Shown: positions 53,499 through 68,952, counted from the first letter of the stretch. The stretch: 124,000 nt of DNA from Wallemia ichthyophaga EXF-994 (GCF_000400465.1 NW_008806280.1:20001-144000); one strand, 5' to 3'. A program made the numbers and translations. The notes: generated by a model from the sequence alone, not told the origin.

Positions 53499-54590
53499 GC
53501 TTGTTTTGCGAAAATTTTCCTACAATCAAAGCGAAATTCACTTAACATTGAAACTTTACGAGCAGCTGGCTGAACACTTAATTGAAAATTTCATCAGCCT
53601 CACACACCAATCTATGTACTATTTATATCGCAAAAATGTAACAAACTTATTCAATAACGCACCAATTTCTCAACCAGATCCGATACATATCCTTCAACTG
53701 TACCGATCTTTGCTTCTTCGGTGAAAAATGCGATAATATTCACGTTATCCGACGACGAAATGAGGCAAAATTCATGCTTTCCTTAAAAATAATCAGCGTT
53801 GACGTGGTATTGTTAGAAAACCCTACAGTCTGGCAAATTCCGAGCAACGTCAGCTTGAATAGATGAAGTGAAACTTCCTCTCCATTAATCTTGATAGAGC
53901 GTAATATATTTGAAAATTGAATCGATGGAAAAGTGCGTAACTAGTTTTTGATCTTCTCCACTTATTTATGCTAGTTATTAACGTATTGAGATTGCTCAAA
54001 CATCATTAAACACCTCAAATTCCGAACTGGAAGCCAATTGCCTCCATCATACTTAATAATAGTTGCATCTTTTATGAGGGAATACACGAGTTTCTCAACC
54101 TTATCCATTCCATCTTAGTCTTCGTACTAAAATCTTCAAGATACACACTAACACTACCAATCAACTCCTTCAGACATGATTGTTATTAATAATCGTCAAT
54201 GAACCAGTTGCGTGTCTCATGACGGATTAAGTTGAATTGAATAATTCAAGTTTTGAATGTGAAACTAGGTGAAACGCACCATGAATCACTCCAGTTGCAT
54301 CTCCTCGAACAACTCCTCGTATACGTCAATTGTCACAGCTAAGACAATGAACATAACCTATTCAGAGCGCAATTATACATTCATTTGCACTCTCAAATGA
54401 AACAGCGATAACTTTACAGGATATCCAACACCTACACCTCCCCGTCCGTAAAAAATTCATAAATAGATAGGTGTATCACTTTAAGCCATCGAGCCTGATT
54501 GTAGATGCCATTGTAAATTCAAAGTTGTCTTTGAATGGGATCATTGTGGATTTTGTTCATTTTCTATCTGATCTGAGAACAGAATCAACT

Positions 54591-55464
54591 TTAAACTCGA
54601 TTAATTGAAACAATTTTAACGTTACAAACAGGGCAATTCAAGTAGCTGCTCAAATAGCCCACTAAACACGCATAATCGTATACGTGTCCACATTGCGCTG
54701 CATACGAAACTCCGATATCGTTATTACAGCACACAGCACACCGACTAACACCATCGCCGTGCTCTTGCGTTACAGGCAGGGTTCTACGAGGTGTGAGTGT
54801 GCTCCTGCTTGTATAAACGCTGTAAACGAATTCCTGTGTTGTAATAATTCAGCATTGCACCTCACCCTGCCTTGTCGAATAGATACGCACAGTCATTACA
54901 CTCCAGACTAGCTGCCGCTGCGTGAATTCGAGGTTGATGTTGGTGACGCACCCGCTCCCCTCCACTCCCAATCCCAGCATTCTCTCGCTCAGATTCGCAT
55001 AGCGTCCACCGGCAACAAAGACAAGCCAATTCGCAAGCCCTGCTGCATCGGCCACCCTCTCTGCAACTTCCAGTAGTGACGCTAGACGGCGCTTGACGTG
55101 GTATCTAGATAGACTGCTCCAGTCCTCCACTGCCACCTTGTCCTTCAGCTTTCGGTGTGCGTATGGGATTATAACACGAGTCATGACATAGAGAAGACTG
55201 GAAATTGTGTTTAAATTAGTGTATTTGAGCAAATGCAGATCCATTCCGTATATGCTCTTGAACGCTCGCAGATATTTCCACATGTAAACACTCCGTATCA
55301 ACGTCGTTATCTCATCTGCGTTGTTCATCTCGAAACCATTGAGCTGAGTGCTAGCCAATAAAGACACTCACCCCTAACACCCTCAGCGCTTCAACCACAG
55401 GTCGACTCAGTCCTCGCACCACCTCCTCGTCTAGCTCCTGTCCATCTAATCGCTGCACCCTCAT
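54591..55464 (-). CDS. PEX2: Peroxin Pex2 RING E3 ligase
   Basis: MRVQRLDGQELDEE, EFTQRQLVWSVMT, C-terminal CAVC..CGHVYDYAC..CPVC. Confidence 0.85.
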
Positions 55465-55559
55465 GACGCAAGTTTGAGAAACGAAATAAATGTATTTACA
55501 TTAAATTAGATGGAAATTTATTACTAGTCATAATTAAGCTAAATGAATGCCTGTTTATT

Positions 55560-58500
55560 TCATGCAAACCCGAATCCTGTATTGCCCTCGTGGATTGCCG
55601 TCAATATCTGTCTGCGAAGTGCCTCGTACGACGAATATGGTCCTAAATCTAGTTGATTGACTATACCTTTGATTAGTAAAGTAAATGTAGAAATCCAACA
55701 AAACTCACAGCATGTGTGTGCAGCAGGCAGTCTATCTTCTGCACCGTACGCCTTGTGAATGTTAAATCTCTGTGTGCCTTGTGATCCCTGTAGTGCACCA
55801 AATCCTTCGAGCGGTACACGAGATGAACCAGTTGCAAACTGCAAGAACGATGCTTTCTGTGTTGAGTCGAATGACCTCAGCACCCTCCAGAACCAACCGA
55901 TCACTGGATCTGAAGGTGTGAATCCATGGTAGTCTGTCTGGTTCTTCCACGCATCGACATCAATATCAGGTAAACCAGAAATTAACAACTCCAATTCGTT
56001 CTCAGAGAATATCTTAACCAGGTCTTTCGGTATTATCTCGTGGAATCCTTCCAAGAAGCACTGAATCTGTCTCTCGATCGCTGTCGTGAGGCGGAACTCA
56101 GTTACAAGCTTGACATATTCCTTCTTGTTCTGGTCTGTTACCGGTATGTTCCTGCCGTTTGGAATTAAATCTATGATGTTCACTACACCGAACTCATCAT
56201 CCTCGATCGAGAACGTCAACTCGAGCACACCCTCCAAGCTATTCTCCAACATCCAGACGAGTGAGTTGTAGTAACTCAAATCAACACTCTCCAAATCCTT
56301 AAAGTCTACCTGTCTGCCCAGCATATGCTTGTAGAACGACCTCGTAAAGTACGCATCCAACAGTCTACCATCGTAGATAGCTTTACCAATGATACGTCCA
56401 ACAAACTTGAAGAAGTCCAAATGATGCTCATTTACGTACGACGCTCTATTTGGTTGATACGTCAATCTATCGGCATCACATGGCTGGAATAGTGCGTAAT
56501 TTGGATTAAACATCTGTTGGGCGAGTACTTGGAACCATTCACGGGCAACTCCACCTGCATCGACACCCTCTTCTCCGTGGAACTTGACTGACAACTTACC
56601 ATACTTAATCTCATCTCCAGACTTCCTCTGCAGGTACTGGAATGAGTCTGCGAAAACGTGCGAGCGACGGACGTTGACGTGCAGAGTTGGATATGTCTCT
56701 CCGCGCTTCCTTGCTCTCAGGCGCTGCATAAAGAAGCTTCTCTTGTTGTCAAACTCGAGAATGCGAGGGTTTTGTACGAGAAGTGAGAATGATCCACTCA
56801 TAAGTGCTGGATTATTGCGAACCATGATATTGATGATTTTCCTGTGCTCCTCTGTGAAGTCTATGAAAATATCCTCGATGCTCTCATTCGCTGATGGGGA
56901 TACTGGTGATCCCGTCATGCGCTTTGTTCTGAGTGCTTCTGTTTGTGGATTAACATACTTGCAAACCACCATAAGTGACTCGATGAGAGGTAAGAGAACG
57001 GTAGCGATATGTGTCATTTGCTCATTCTCTTCAATGATCTTGAGGTTTTCTGAGAGTTTTTGCCACACAGAACCAAACTAGATGTGTTGTTAGTTAACCA
57101 CCTCATGCACAAGTCAACACCTACGTTAAATGAATCGTAAATAGCGTTCACCTTCAACTCATTTGTCTTAGCCTCTTCTTGCGTTGCAGCAGGTGGCTCA
57201 GCAGTTGTTTGCGGTTGCTGGTTGATATCTTCTCTCATCAAAGAGCCAAGCACTTGACGAAGCGAAGATGGCCTTTCTTCACCAGATTGCTCACTATTTT
57301 CGCTCATCTCGCTAGATTGACCGAACATGTAATCCACAGTCTTCAACACTCTAAGCAGACGCGCCTGCAGTGATGAAGCTGGGAGGAACTTCTCCATCGT
57401 TCCAGCAGAAACATCGTCGCTCTTTTCTGCATTTCTGAGTGCATCACCGAGCTCAACAAGTTCACCGTTGAGCTGCTGACCAAAGTCTTGCGCTTTCACC
57501 TTTAACTCAGCCGCAATAACATCCTTTGCGTCTGGTACAAAGCTCAAGTTCTGGATCAGACTTAGTGTCTGCTGGAACGTTTTGCTGGTGCATTCGCCGA
57601 TCGTAAGTATGTTGACGACGTATTTGAGAACATGAGTAGGAATCTGAGGAGCAGTCTTTAGTCCCTCATCCTCCTTCTCATCTTCGGTCTTCTTGTTCTC
57701 GCCCTCCTTCTCTTTAGGACGAGGTGTAACGTTCGCGTCAGCTGGCTGTTGCTGAGGCTGCTCTTGCTGCTGTTCCTGAGTACCACTAGCTTCTGGTTTC
57801 TCGTTCTTGTCATCCTTCCTAAGCGTTGACAGTGGCTTTGTGACCGTCGCCAACAGAGTGGTAAACGTATCCATCATCATCTGCGTTTTGAAAACGGTTG
57901 GGCGATCAAGCAAACTCATCAACAGCACGATCGGGAACTTAACTGGTACTGTCTGCTTTTCCTTACCCTTGCTCTTCTTCGATGGTCTCGACCTCATGCT
58001 GCTTGAGAGATCGTGTTCAGTGAGGAAGAATGTCGAAGCGGCTGAGTTGCTGGAGACGAGAGTAGTGAGTGTCTCGAAGCAACGTTGGGCAAGCAGGTTT
58101 GGAATGGTCTCTGGAGGGATCTGCAGCAATATTGGACTAGCTGGCGTTTCTTGCGTGTGCTTGCGTTTGCTAGACACCTTACTGGTAGGAGTTGAAAGAG
58201 GTGTGGAGGCAGATGGCTTAGTTCCTTTCAAAGTCAATTGAGACAAGCTACGATCAACTGCTGGCAAGTCACCCGTACCTTCTTGCAAGATGTTCAGCAA
58301 CAACAACAACAGGTCGTTTCTAGAGCGAGAGTTTTCGATAAGCTGCGGTAATTGTTAGATGATAGGGAATCTTGTACAGATCTACCCACATTGGCAAGAA
58401 TCTTGAACAAGACCGATTTCTTGATTAGGTTTGGATAGAAAAGCAAACGTATCAAGATGGCCAATCCGCTCTTGTCGAGAAGCTGTATGGCATCCTTCTG

Positions 58501-61500
58501 GCGATGCTTCTCAGTGGCCTTCTTTGGTGGTGCCCGTGGTCCAGATGGTCTTCTACCACCAAGTATTTGTTGCAAATCCGCTCTACCCATCGATCTTTCA
58601 CCGTCATGTTGAGGATCGAGCATTTCGCCGTTCATCAGAATGAATTGTCTCATACTTGGTTCTATGGAGTTGAAGAATGGGCTTGGATCTCCCATTGCAC
58701 CAACTGCACCAACCTGAGATGAACGGCGCTCGTTACCACCTTCTGGTTGTCTTCCGCGATGGATTGACTCAAAGGCTTCTTGCTGAAGCACCTCGGCGCG
58801 AATCTCTGCTGGAAGAGCATTCAAGAACTCCATCGATATTTCGGAATCATCGTTTCCTTCTGCAGCTGGTGGGGCGCCTTCAGTAGTACGATTCTGGGCA
58901 GCTGCTGAATTTGCAGCTCTTCTCTGCTCACGAAGATGCTGCGTGAGAACCTCCTCACGCATATCATCTGGCAAGGCCTCCATAAAGCTGTTAAGGGTGT
59001 TAGACGAATGACACACTCCTCTAATCAAAATACTCACGATGGATCTATGCCAGTGTTTGTGATATCGACATCACGTCCATTGATCTGAATACTAACACGC
59101 TCTTGCGGAGCACTCGAAGAAGCATCTTGTTCTTGTTCTGCTGGTGCATCTTCAGCCATTTCGACATCTTCCTGCTGCTGGGCTTGAGGTTGGCTTTCAG
59201 CTTGCGCCTCTGACTGAACTTCTTGAGGACGCTCTGCTTCTCTCATTTCTTCTTCATGAGCTTGCTTTTCACGAGCGTCTTTCTCCTCTTGCTCCTTCTT
59301 AGATTTCTCTTCAGCCTCCTTCTGAGCTTTGTCCTCCTCATCTTTCTTGGTCTTTGCTTCGAGTTCCTTCGTCTTCTCAGCTTCCTCGGCACGGGCCTTC
59401 GCTGATGCTTCTCTAGCAGCTGGCAACAGCATCAGAATAATATGGTTGGTGATTTTGGATGAACGCTCTTGGGATGTTGAACCATAAAACAGCTTTGCAC
59501 TATCGTACCACCTGCTAAATGTAGGCAGAGCCGCTAGACCATTGACAGCGCTCAAGATGTTCGCCGAATGAGTTTGAGGAGTTTGTTGGCGTCTTGAGTG
59601 CATGTTGGTGAGTTGCTCAATTGGAATAGAGCCGCTTGGTCCATTTGGCGAGTGCAATTCAAGATGCACACGTGCTCCAGCTGGCACCCCTCCTGCTGTT
59701 CCACCAGTTTCACGCTGAAGAAGCTGCTCAATGATCTGGAAACCGTTTCTACCGAACATGCTCTCAATGGTCTGCAAGAGTGGATTAGGGGCACCTGAGC
59801 GTTGGGAGCTCTGGCGTCTGTTTCCTGTATCTTGAGATGCTGGCGTTGAGCTAGGTGGTGCTTGATCAACGAGCAGTGGTTGTTGAGGGAGCTCGCGGTC
59901 ACTCTCGAGACGATCGCGATTACCACCGAGGAAGCTTTGTGATCCTCCTTAAAGCTTGTCAGTAGAAAAATTATGGCTGCACCAATAACTCACCTCCAAA
60001 CATACGTCTTCTTGATGATCCACCGCCGAGTAGAGGGCTTCCAAAGATAGCCGTTGTCTCTCCCATGCCACCACGGCCATCGAGAAGACTGCCTATGCGG
60101 GGAGCGCGCTCAACATCCGCCTCATCTCTGAACGCCAGACCTTCTTCCTCCGCGTCCTCATCAGTCTCTGAGAAACCGTCATCAATCAAACCATCATCGT
60201 CGAATTCAGGATCAGCAACACTCTCAGCCTCTTCTTCGTCGGGCGTTGGTGCTTCAATGACTGGATCAGCTTCGTCAAAGATAGATGGGTTTTCCTCGAT
60301 TGGATTAAGCGCTTCCTCCTCGTCATACGCATCTTCGTCAAAATCGACTTCTTCACTGTTACAATGTTAGCATGACGCTTGAAGATCTGTACCAACGCAC
60401 CCTTCATCCTCCTCATCAATCCAATCGTCAGCTTCTCCCTCCTCTATCTCGTCATGATCTTCCATGTCATCCGAGTCACCGTCACTGGATCCAGAATCAT
60501 CGTCCGAAGATTCCGAGTGGTTACCAGAACCATGATGATGATGGAAATCAACTTCCATATCGTCGAAGTCTTCTTCTGCAATGGAAATGTCAGCAAATAG
60601 CCAATCGCTGGATACCAACTCACCATCCATTTCGCTGTCTTCATCGCCATCGTTTTCTTCGCCGTAATTTTCTCCACTGTACATACCGAGTGCAGAGTTG
60701 CGGTACAAATCAGGTGTACCAGCTCTGTCAGCATTACGCATCTCATCAGCACCAATATCATCCTCATCGCTGGAGTTGTCCTCATCGTCATCGTCCTCAT
60801 CTTCATCCTCATCCTCGTCTTCATTTTGCTCATCCTGGCTGTTGGAGTCCTTCTTGTCCCCATTCTTGGCCATCTTGATCGAAATTTTGGTCAAACGTTC
60901 AAGTGGGGAGAGCAAGGCGCCGATGGTGACCTTCGAGTGTGGGAAAGAGATATCTATATCACCAAGTGCGTGCGTAAGGGTAGTGACATAGTTTTTCTCC
61001 AACATCACTTTAGCCATGTGGACAGATGACTCTGTTGAAGACTTTCCAGTAACAGGATTAACAGGCCTTGCGTCTATCAATCTGGCAATAATCTCAGACA
61101 AAGCTGTCAGTCTAGCGTATCTAACACTGAGATCCTCATCAGTGACACCAGATGTATTGTCCTTGATCAATTTGCTAATTACATCCAAGACGAACTTGCG
61201 TGAGAGGACAACCTCGTTTGGAATTTCTTTGCTGTCAGTCCAAGGTGAAGTGTCACTACATGTGCTGACAAAGACTGCAATTGCCCATTCAGCTAGCGCT
61301 CTTTGCTTGCGACCGACATTGTCATGGTTCGGTGCGCCGAGCGATGGCATGGAAATGAGCTCGCTGATCAAAAAGTTGAGGAACGACACCTTTGGTTTGA
61401 ATGGTGTGCCACCGCCCTGCTTCTTCTTATTGGTCATAACTAGATTGACTTTGGAAGATGGATAGCTGGCGCAGATCTCGGTGATAGATTGGAGGATGAA

Positions 61501-64500
61501 ACACGCATAGAAGTACTCTAAGGCTCCATCAGGAGTGCTTTCTTCCTTCTTTTCATCTTTCTTCTCTTGATCGGAAGCAGCTGAAGTGGAGGATTGAGGC
61601 TGTTGTGCTGGATCTTCTTGCTGTTGCTCACTTGAGCTGTTCTTCTTTTCCTCACCTTCTTTCTTTTTCTCTTCATCCGTCTTTTCAGCCAATGAAGCGA
61701 ATTTCCTAGCCGTCTTGCCGACCCTCATGAGCTCAGCAACCAGGAATTGAAGGATAGATTCGAGAACCTCTGATGGCATGGGTGGTGCCTGAGAATTATC
61801 GTCCAGCTGCATGTCTTCGCCACGTTGCTGCTGGCCAGAATGCTCACCATCCTTTTTATCACCCAACTTCGATTTGAGCTCTGGGACGACGTCTGGACGC
61901 AGCTTGATGTGGAAGACGCCAGCTGCTGGTGAGTCACTCACAAGCATGCAGTTTTCCTTGATCACTTCCATAAACGCCTTCGTATCGCGCAAGGCTAGAG
62001 GTGACGCGGTCTTCGTGAAGGTCGATACATCAACGACCTTGCTCCCTGAGCTTGAACCTCTTGTTGGTGAGGAAGCGAAGTACGACAAAAGCTCGTTGTG
62101 CATTGTTGACTTGATGAGAGAGTCGTCTTCGATCAAATTTCTCATAATGAAGCTCAAGAAGAGTGTGGAGCCGCGGGCATTGTCAAGAGGACCGTCGAAT
62201 ATACTGCTGAGCATCTGCAATAGAGTTAGTAAATGCTTGTTCAATGTCAGGCCACAACTTACTTGCACACCACCAGCAGAGAAAAGGTCCTTCGAGTAGC
62301 GCGTTGAGCGAGTGAGCAAAGTAAGCACCTGCAATACCGCCATCAGATCAGCTTTCTTGAGTTCCCAGTTCTTATCCTTCGAGCGTTTAAATGTTGTCAA
62401 GGCAATCTCAAACAAGGCATTCTTCTGCTCTTCGAATGAGCCAGTGTCGACAATCTCCTCAATCTTAACTTCAGGAATGTTTTCGCCGACCTTGGTTGGA
62501 TCATCTGCAGTCTTGATGACTTCTGAACATCCCAGCATTATAGCACTAGCTAATAAAAATGGAGCCAGCCACTTGGGAGGTGTTTGGCTGTCTATCACAG
62601 CTGGTCCAGACTTGTAAGTCAAGTTCAAAAGACGTTCACGCTGGTTGATAACGTTATCCTTCTGAGAAAACTGATGGTCTGATATCATGACTGAGAGTAA
62701 GTGCCAACGAACGTAGAGCTTGCCTTCGCACTGACGATCCTTTGCATCTAGCGTCTCAACCTCGTCGAGAAGAGTCTTGACACCGATCTGCTCAGCTGAC
62801 TTTTCTTTGTCATCCTTAAACATATCTTTCACGTCGAAAACTATCTCGTAATGTGCATCAGCGAGGTTAAGCAAGATACTTGGGATGGTAGAGTAGAGAT
62901 TCTGGCGAGCTTGATCGAGGGATCTCTTTACAGCATCTATATTATCGTTCATTGGCGTAATTTTACCTTCGGCTAACTTTGTCTCGTAATCCTTCTTTTC
63001 CTCGTCTTTTTGGCGTTTCTGACGTAGTTCAAACTCCCTAGCTATATCGACGTAGTCTGGTCTTGCCACTAACCATTCAGCAGCTTGAGCAACGTCGTCA
63101 CCATTGTACATCAGCGCAACAGCCGAAGCATATTTTGGAAAGTCCATACTCATCATTTCTTGGAGTAACGTTTCGTTTAATCTATCAATTTTCATCACTC
63201 CCTCAATGTCTTCCATAACTTTGATTTCAACGTCCGAACGTGATTCAGCAGCTGGATGAGGCGGAGGTGGTAATTCAGGTTGAGACGTTTGTGCCTCAGA
63301 TGGCTGCGTAGCATCTGATTCACTTTGAGCAGCTTCAGTTGGAGGCTCCTCACCCAAAATTCTGTGTAAAGGTGATGAGCGCATGTTAAAAAGAGCTCTC
63401 TCCAAATCCTGCAAATGACCAATACGTTCGGAAGGTGGATTACCTAATCTACCCTGCGGTCCAGCTGGTGGCTCAGCAGCTTCACCCTCGGCCTTGATAA
63501 TGTTGAGGAAAGTCTGCACAATCAGTCTTGTAGGCTGACCGAGGGGTGCCTTGGATAACCATTCACTTTGGCATACCTTAACAAGAACTGGCATAATGAT
63601 CGATCTTAATCTGACCAAGAAGTCGTTAGAGTTGAAATACTCTGCCGAGCTCTTGTCAGCTTCCCTCAACTGCAGCGGTCCAGTTTGACTGGATTCGAGG
63701 AGTGGTCTGGTGGCAGCAAAAGTATGGAAAAGCGGCATTATGTTCTCCAAAATACGATAGATTCTGAATTGTTGCATCTCAGCCGGAGACTTTGGAATCT
63801 CGTTATCGGTAATAGTCTGGTGCGAGAGCTCGTCACTTATTTGATCGAGCCTGTGGGTCAGAAGTTGCACTCCACCGAGTTGAGCGAAAGCGAATACCAG
63901 AGGTGTTTGGAGATGATTATGTGATGTGCGATCATCGAAAAAGAGCGCATTGATCGCTTTGAGGATCTGACACATGTATGCGCAGCTTGGGCGTGGATCT
64001 CCGTTGCCAGTGAACTGGAGGTGATCAACGAGTATCTGAGCCATAGCCTTAGATGTAATTACAGAGTTCTTCTTATGCGACTGGTCACTCTGACGTCTGT
64101 ACAAGAACATCTTGACAACAGCTATGGTGGCGTTAGAAGGTACATTTCCAATAATACCATTACCCACCTTGGTAGAACGGAGTAGCAGTCTGAGGAATGT
64201 ACATCGAGAGATGTGACAAAGATTTGTAATTGAGCTTGGAAGGGGTGCTTTCCTCAGCCTTCTTTTCTTCGTCAGACTTGTTTCCACTCTTTATGTTGAC
64301 CGTTGGGTCTAAGTTGTTCATCATGATGTTTAGATTCTTCTCATACTTCTCATTTGACGACTTGGAACCTGACTCCAGCTCCTTCCAATCAAATTCAGTT
64401 TCTTTGTTCTCCTCAGCATTGAGCAAAAGGTGTTCCCAGGTGAGACTTCTGTCGAGTATGCCAATCATGTTTAACGTTTCTAAATTTCTAGGCTCGTTCA

Positions 64501-67086
64501 ACTTTGGCAGGAAGAAACCATTCGAAACTCTAATATTCAAGAAGCCGATGGATGCGAACATATCAGAAATAAGCTGCACTCTCGAGTACAACTCAATCAA
64601 ACTCCTGAACGTAGCATTTGCTTCCTCGTAGTCAGATTCATTGAGATCTTTCATCTTGATGAAGAGAGACTTGTTGCGCATTTCAGACCAAATGTGTCTG
64701 GTGCTTTCGAGCTTCTCTCTAACTTGCTCCATTGACCACATTAACGTCACTTCAGGCTTGATCTCGATTAACACTCTACCGAGCTGTGCGATAGCTTCAG
64801 ATGCGCGACTAATGGAGAAGTCGTAAGGTAAGCAAGGCAGACCGAAGAACCTTCCAAGTCTTTCCAATCCACCTGCATCCAAAAATTCTTTTGCGTGTGT
64901 ACCATTTGTGAAGACGGACTCGAGGAACTGTATTGGGTTAGGGAGATAAACCTGACTTCTAACGAACTCACTCTGGCCATGACATCGATGCATTTCATCG
65001 CGAAAGGATCTTCTCTCTTATCGTTTGGCACATTCTCCACCATGGAATGCTCGTCCTGGGTCAGCAGTCTGTATCTCGCCACCTCGCTCAAACCATACTG
65101 GCCGACTTCATTGCAGTCGAAAGCACCACCGATCTCTGCAATTCTATCTAGTTGACCGTTGATGGCATTCAATACCTTAGGTTTGAGTGAAGGTTGGTGT
65201 CTTATAAGTTCATCGACACTCGATCCAATGTTGACAGCATTCTCCTTTTCGCTCAACACCTTGATATGGGTAGCAGAGGTGAACATTTCGAATATCTTAC
65301 CAATAATCGTATCAGATCTCTGCATGAATTCGTTCAAGCCGTTCTCATTCAAACAGCAAGCTGAGATGACATTGAAGATAACAGTGAGAATATCGATATG
65401 CGGTTCTATATACTCTTCGATACTGTTGTAAAACTTGGCAGGCAACTGTGCCTCCTGTATGATTGAGAGGGATGTAGGCTCGTTGTGTACGAATGTAGCC
65501 ATGATATTGAGAGCGAATGAGGTGATCGATGCACCGAAGAATCTGCGGTTGTCGAGGATAAGATGAATGTCCTGCAGAAGTGTAGTGTCTATCAGATTGC
65601 GTATTCCACCCTCAGTACCTGAGGATGTAAGCAGCCTGTAGATAGAACGTAGCGACGATTTCATTGCTTGTGATTCAGAGACAGGGAGACGGCCAAATGT
65701 TGTTGCAACGTCCTCGTCATTGTCACTCTTCGCTTCCAACTCTGCCTTATGCTCTACACTCGCAAGAACTCGGTGGTGGATCTTCTCAACGAGTGTGGTG
65801 AGTCCATTGGCGTTGATAAAGATGGGAAGAGCGTTGCGGTATGAGTACAAAAGTGCATCGAGGAGTTGAAGACACTTTGTGATTAGCGTTGAGCTGTCGA
65901 CTTTGAAGAGATTGATAAGCAATGTAATCAGCCCGGCCCCAACCAGCATCTGGCCACCCGAATTCGAAGTCGAGAGATGGCTGATCATAGAAAAAATGCT
66001 GTCCACAAGGTCCACAAGCTGTGGTGATGGTGGTGATGATTGAGACAACTTATTGGTGACATTGCGAATATAGGTGAACAACAAGCCCTGGTTGACACCT
66101 GCATTTAAGCAACTAAGAACTTCACTCACGCGCGTCTTGTAGTGCGCCAAAGATTCAAGGCAGATGAGAGAGGTGGATTGGATTGAGATATACTCATCGT
66201 CCAATGGAAGTTGAAGGAGGTGGGTGAGCTGCTGCACAAGTGTTGGTTCATAAATAAGCAGATTGTGTTGAGCTTGAGATTCTTTAACGAGCTGTAAATA
66301 TAAACTCAAAGCTAGGAGTCTAGATTCGATGAAATGACGTCTGGAAGGGCTATCAAAAACCTTGATGGATCTGATGCGATGATATAGATCAAAGTTGTTC
66401 GAGTTGCCGTCTTTTGGTATTTTGTACTGATCAACGCACTCCTTGTGTAGGTCGAGGTCGCTAAGTGGATTTTCACCAACTTTTTCCAAGTGAATACTTC
66501 TCGACTGGGTGTCAAAGAATTGGAAAGAGACTGTGTCATTGAGGGGAGGAATAGAGGTTGTAATGGAATCAGCGAGACTGGCGCTACTTGGCCAGTTCCA
66601 CGCCACTGATAGCAGAGCCTTGCTGTTGAGCTGGAGAGCGTTGCGATGGTGAGCTTGAATAGACAGAATAAGTTTGAGATTGTTGGAAAGCACCTCGACA
66701 TCGTTTGTTAAAATGAGAGCGTCTAAATGCTCCACCGAATTAAATATCTTTCTATTGGAGCAATTATCGATGAGAAGCTTGAGAAATCTAAGGACAGCGT
66801 TGATAAGCCTCTTAGAGGATGCGTCAAAGAGCTTATCCTGCACACCGTAGCCAGCAGATTTCAAATTAAAGTCATTTGTAATCTTCTCGAGCGTGCCATC
66901 CAATCTATTGAGTACTCCGATGTACGCATAGAGATCTCCCTTGGGCCAAACCCACTCTTTGAAATCTTCGAGATGCGCTGCCATCTCCTCATCGGTGCAC
67001 TTCTCAACAAGATGTAGCTTGTGACGGAGCGTCGTGGGGATTGTAGCCACTGTCCTTCTTGATGTACGTGGACGTACAGGGGCCAT
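55560..67086 (-). CDS. TOM1: HECT E3 ubiquitin ligase Tom1/HUWE1, multi-exon
   Basis: DUF908/913-like N-terminus, LPDDMREEVL repeats, GEEGVDAGGVAREWF, LPAAHTC catalytic Cys. Confidence 0.97.
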
Positions 67087-67240
67087 TGTAATTATTATTT
67101 ATTTATTTTCAACTTGAACTTGATTGTTCTAAACCAAGTGTGGTGCGTCGTGGTCCTTGTGCTTTGTATTACGCAACACTCCAATCAAAATTTACGATGC
67201 AATAAATAACTTTTTTACTATATATACAAGCTGTGGTATA

Positions 67241-68834
67241 TCAGTTGATCGCCGTGCTAGCTCTTGCTTTTCTTGAGCGTCGTTGCGTCTGGTGGCTGCT
67301 CCTGTCATGTTTGGTGAGAGCAACGCGGGTATTTAAATAACCCACACTCTTCTCCGAGACCATTGTATTCTCTCGCCCTCTTTTTAGTGCTGCTGCTCTT
67401 GATTCGGCACCTTTGTTCTGCCACTTCGTTAGCCCACACGGTCGATATCCCCGGTACTCACTTTTTTAGGCGATGAGAATGGTGTTTGTTGTGCTTGTGC
67501 ATGTGGTTGCGGTTGTGGTAAGTCCTGCTGCTGATGTGGTGGCGATGGCTGCTGTTGATAGCCATTAGGTATAGGCGGCGGAGGCATGAGCAAGCTCCTT
67601 TTGTTATTGTGACTAGGAAGACGTCTGAGAATAAAGCTAAAGGCCCAAAGCCAACACCAAACTCACCCATCATTTATGTCATTCAACGAGCCTACGTTGA
67701 CATTAGCACTGGCATTGGTATTGGTGTTGTCATCTATGACCGACTTGTCATCCACTACCGATACCATACTCGCGTCATTCATTTCGAACCCATCCCAAAT
67801 CAGATCGTCGTCTTTGGTGGGATGTATTGATGAATGCGCAGAAGTATTGAGACTGCCATTGCTGTTACTGTTGCTCACACCGCTCATCCTCCTTACATTT
67901 GCCTCATGATACTCCCTCTCCTTCTCCCTCTCCTTCTCCTGCGCTTGCTGCTGCTGTCTCTGCTGCGTCAGACGCCTTTCCTCCTGCTCACGGACGTGGT
68001 TTGGTCTGTAGTCAAATTCTGGTGGTCTGTAGAGCTGATCTGGATCATAACGGTACTGCGGTGGATGATAATGTGAGTTCTACATTCCAAAACCACGCCA
68101 TACCACTCACTCTATTCTTATCCTTATGTTTGATAATCTCCTTAGAGTAATCCTTATCGTACAGACAGTTACCGGTTGAGTTACCAAAGTAGCGCAAGCA
68201 CCTCTTTACAGCGTCTGTGACTGACTCCTTGCGGCTCTTCTCGATAGCTGCTCCACGCGTTGGACAGTTAACCATTTCACCGAAACCGAAGTCTTCATGG
68301 AAAGCGCCCGTTGTGAATACTGTTACTCTCACGACTGTTGTGATAGCGCAGTTGAATTTGCCGGCAGGAGTAGGCTCAAGCTGTTACGGTGTTATTCGTG
68401 TGTACGCGTGCTCTCCAACGTACAAATTCAGTCGTGCTGCTCATGAGCTGAGTGGACCAGCCATCGTGGCCGAATATGCTGTTCGCGAGTGAAATGGCCT
68501 GGTTGCCTTCGATATAAGATACCTCTGATCGGCGTGTATGCGTCAGTGCGTCCTCGTTCATCACCCTGCCCCACTTACTGCTTCCGCCGGGCGCTGGTCG
68601 CTGGGAGATGCACTCCGGCGCCAGTCTCTTTGCCAGCTTCTCCGCAATCTCTTCTCGCTGTGTGGCGGAGAAAAACCTCTCTGACTGCTGCGAAAGCACT
68701 TGCGTTTCGTTGGGTGTAGACATGCCGAGTGCGAAGTTGGACGGTGCCGCGGCGTGATAGTCGTTCCTATCGCTATTGATTCCGATATTCGTGCGTAAAA
68801 TATCTGGATTTCTGCCGTGGTTGTTACCGTTCAT
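67241..68834 (-). CDS. RAD52: Rad52/Rad22 recombination protein
   Basis: ISQRPAPGG..VSYIEG..LAN.IFGHDGW, FHEDFGFG, KESVTDAVKRCLRYFGN.TGNCLYDK. Confidence 0.9.
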
Positions 68835-68952
68835 CTGCGCAGATTGAGTTGATTGAGATGGTGGTGTGTTGATAACGGACTAAATTACGTAAATACACGC
68901 TAAATGAGTAGTCTATTACAATGCTATCACAACATGACGTCAAAATACATTC

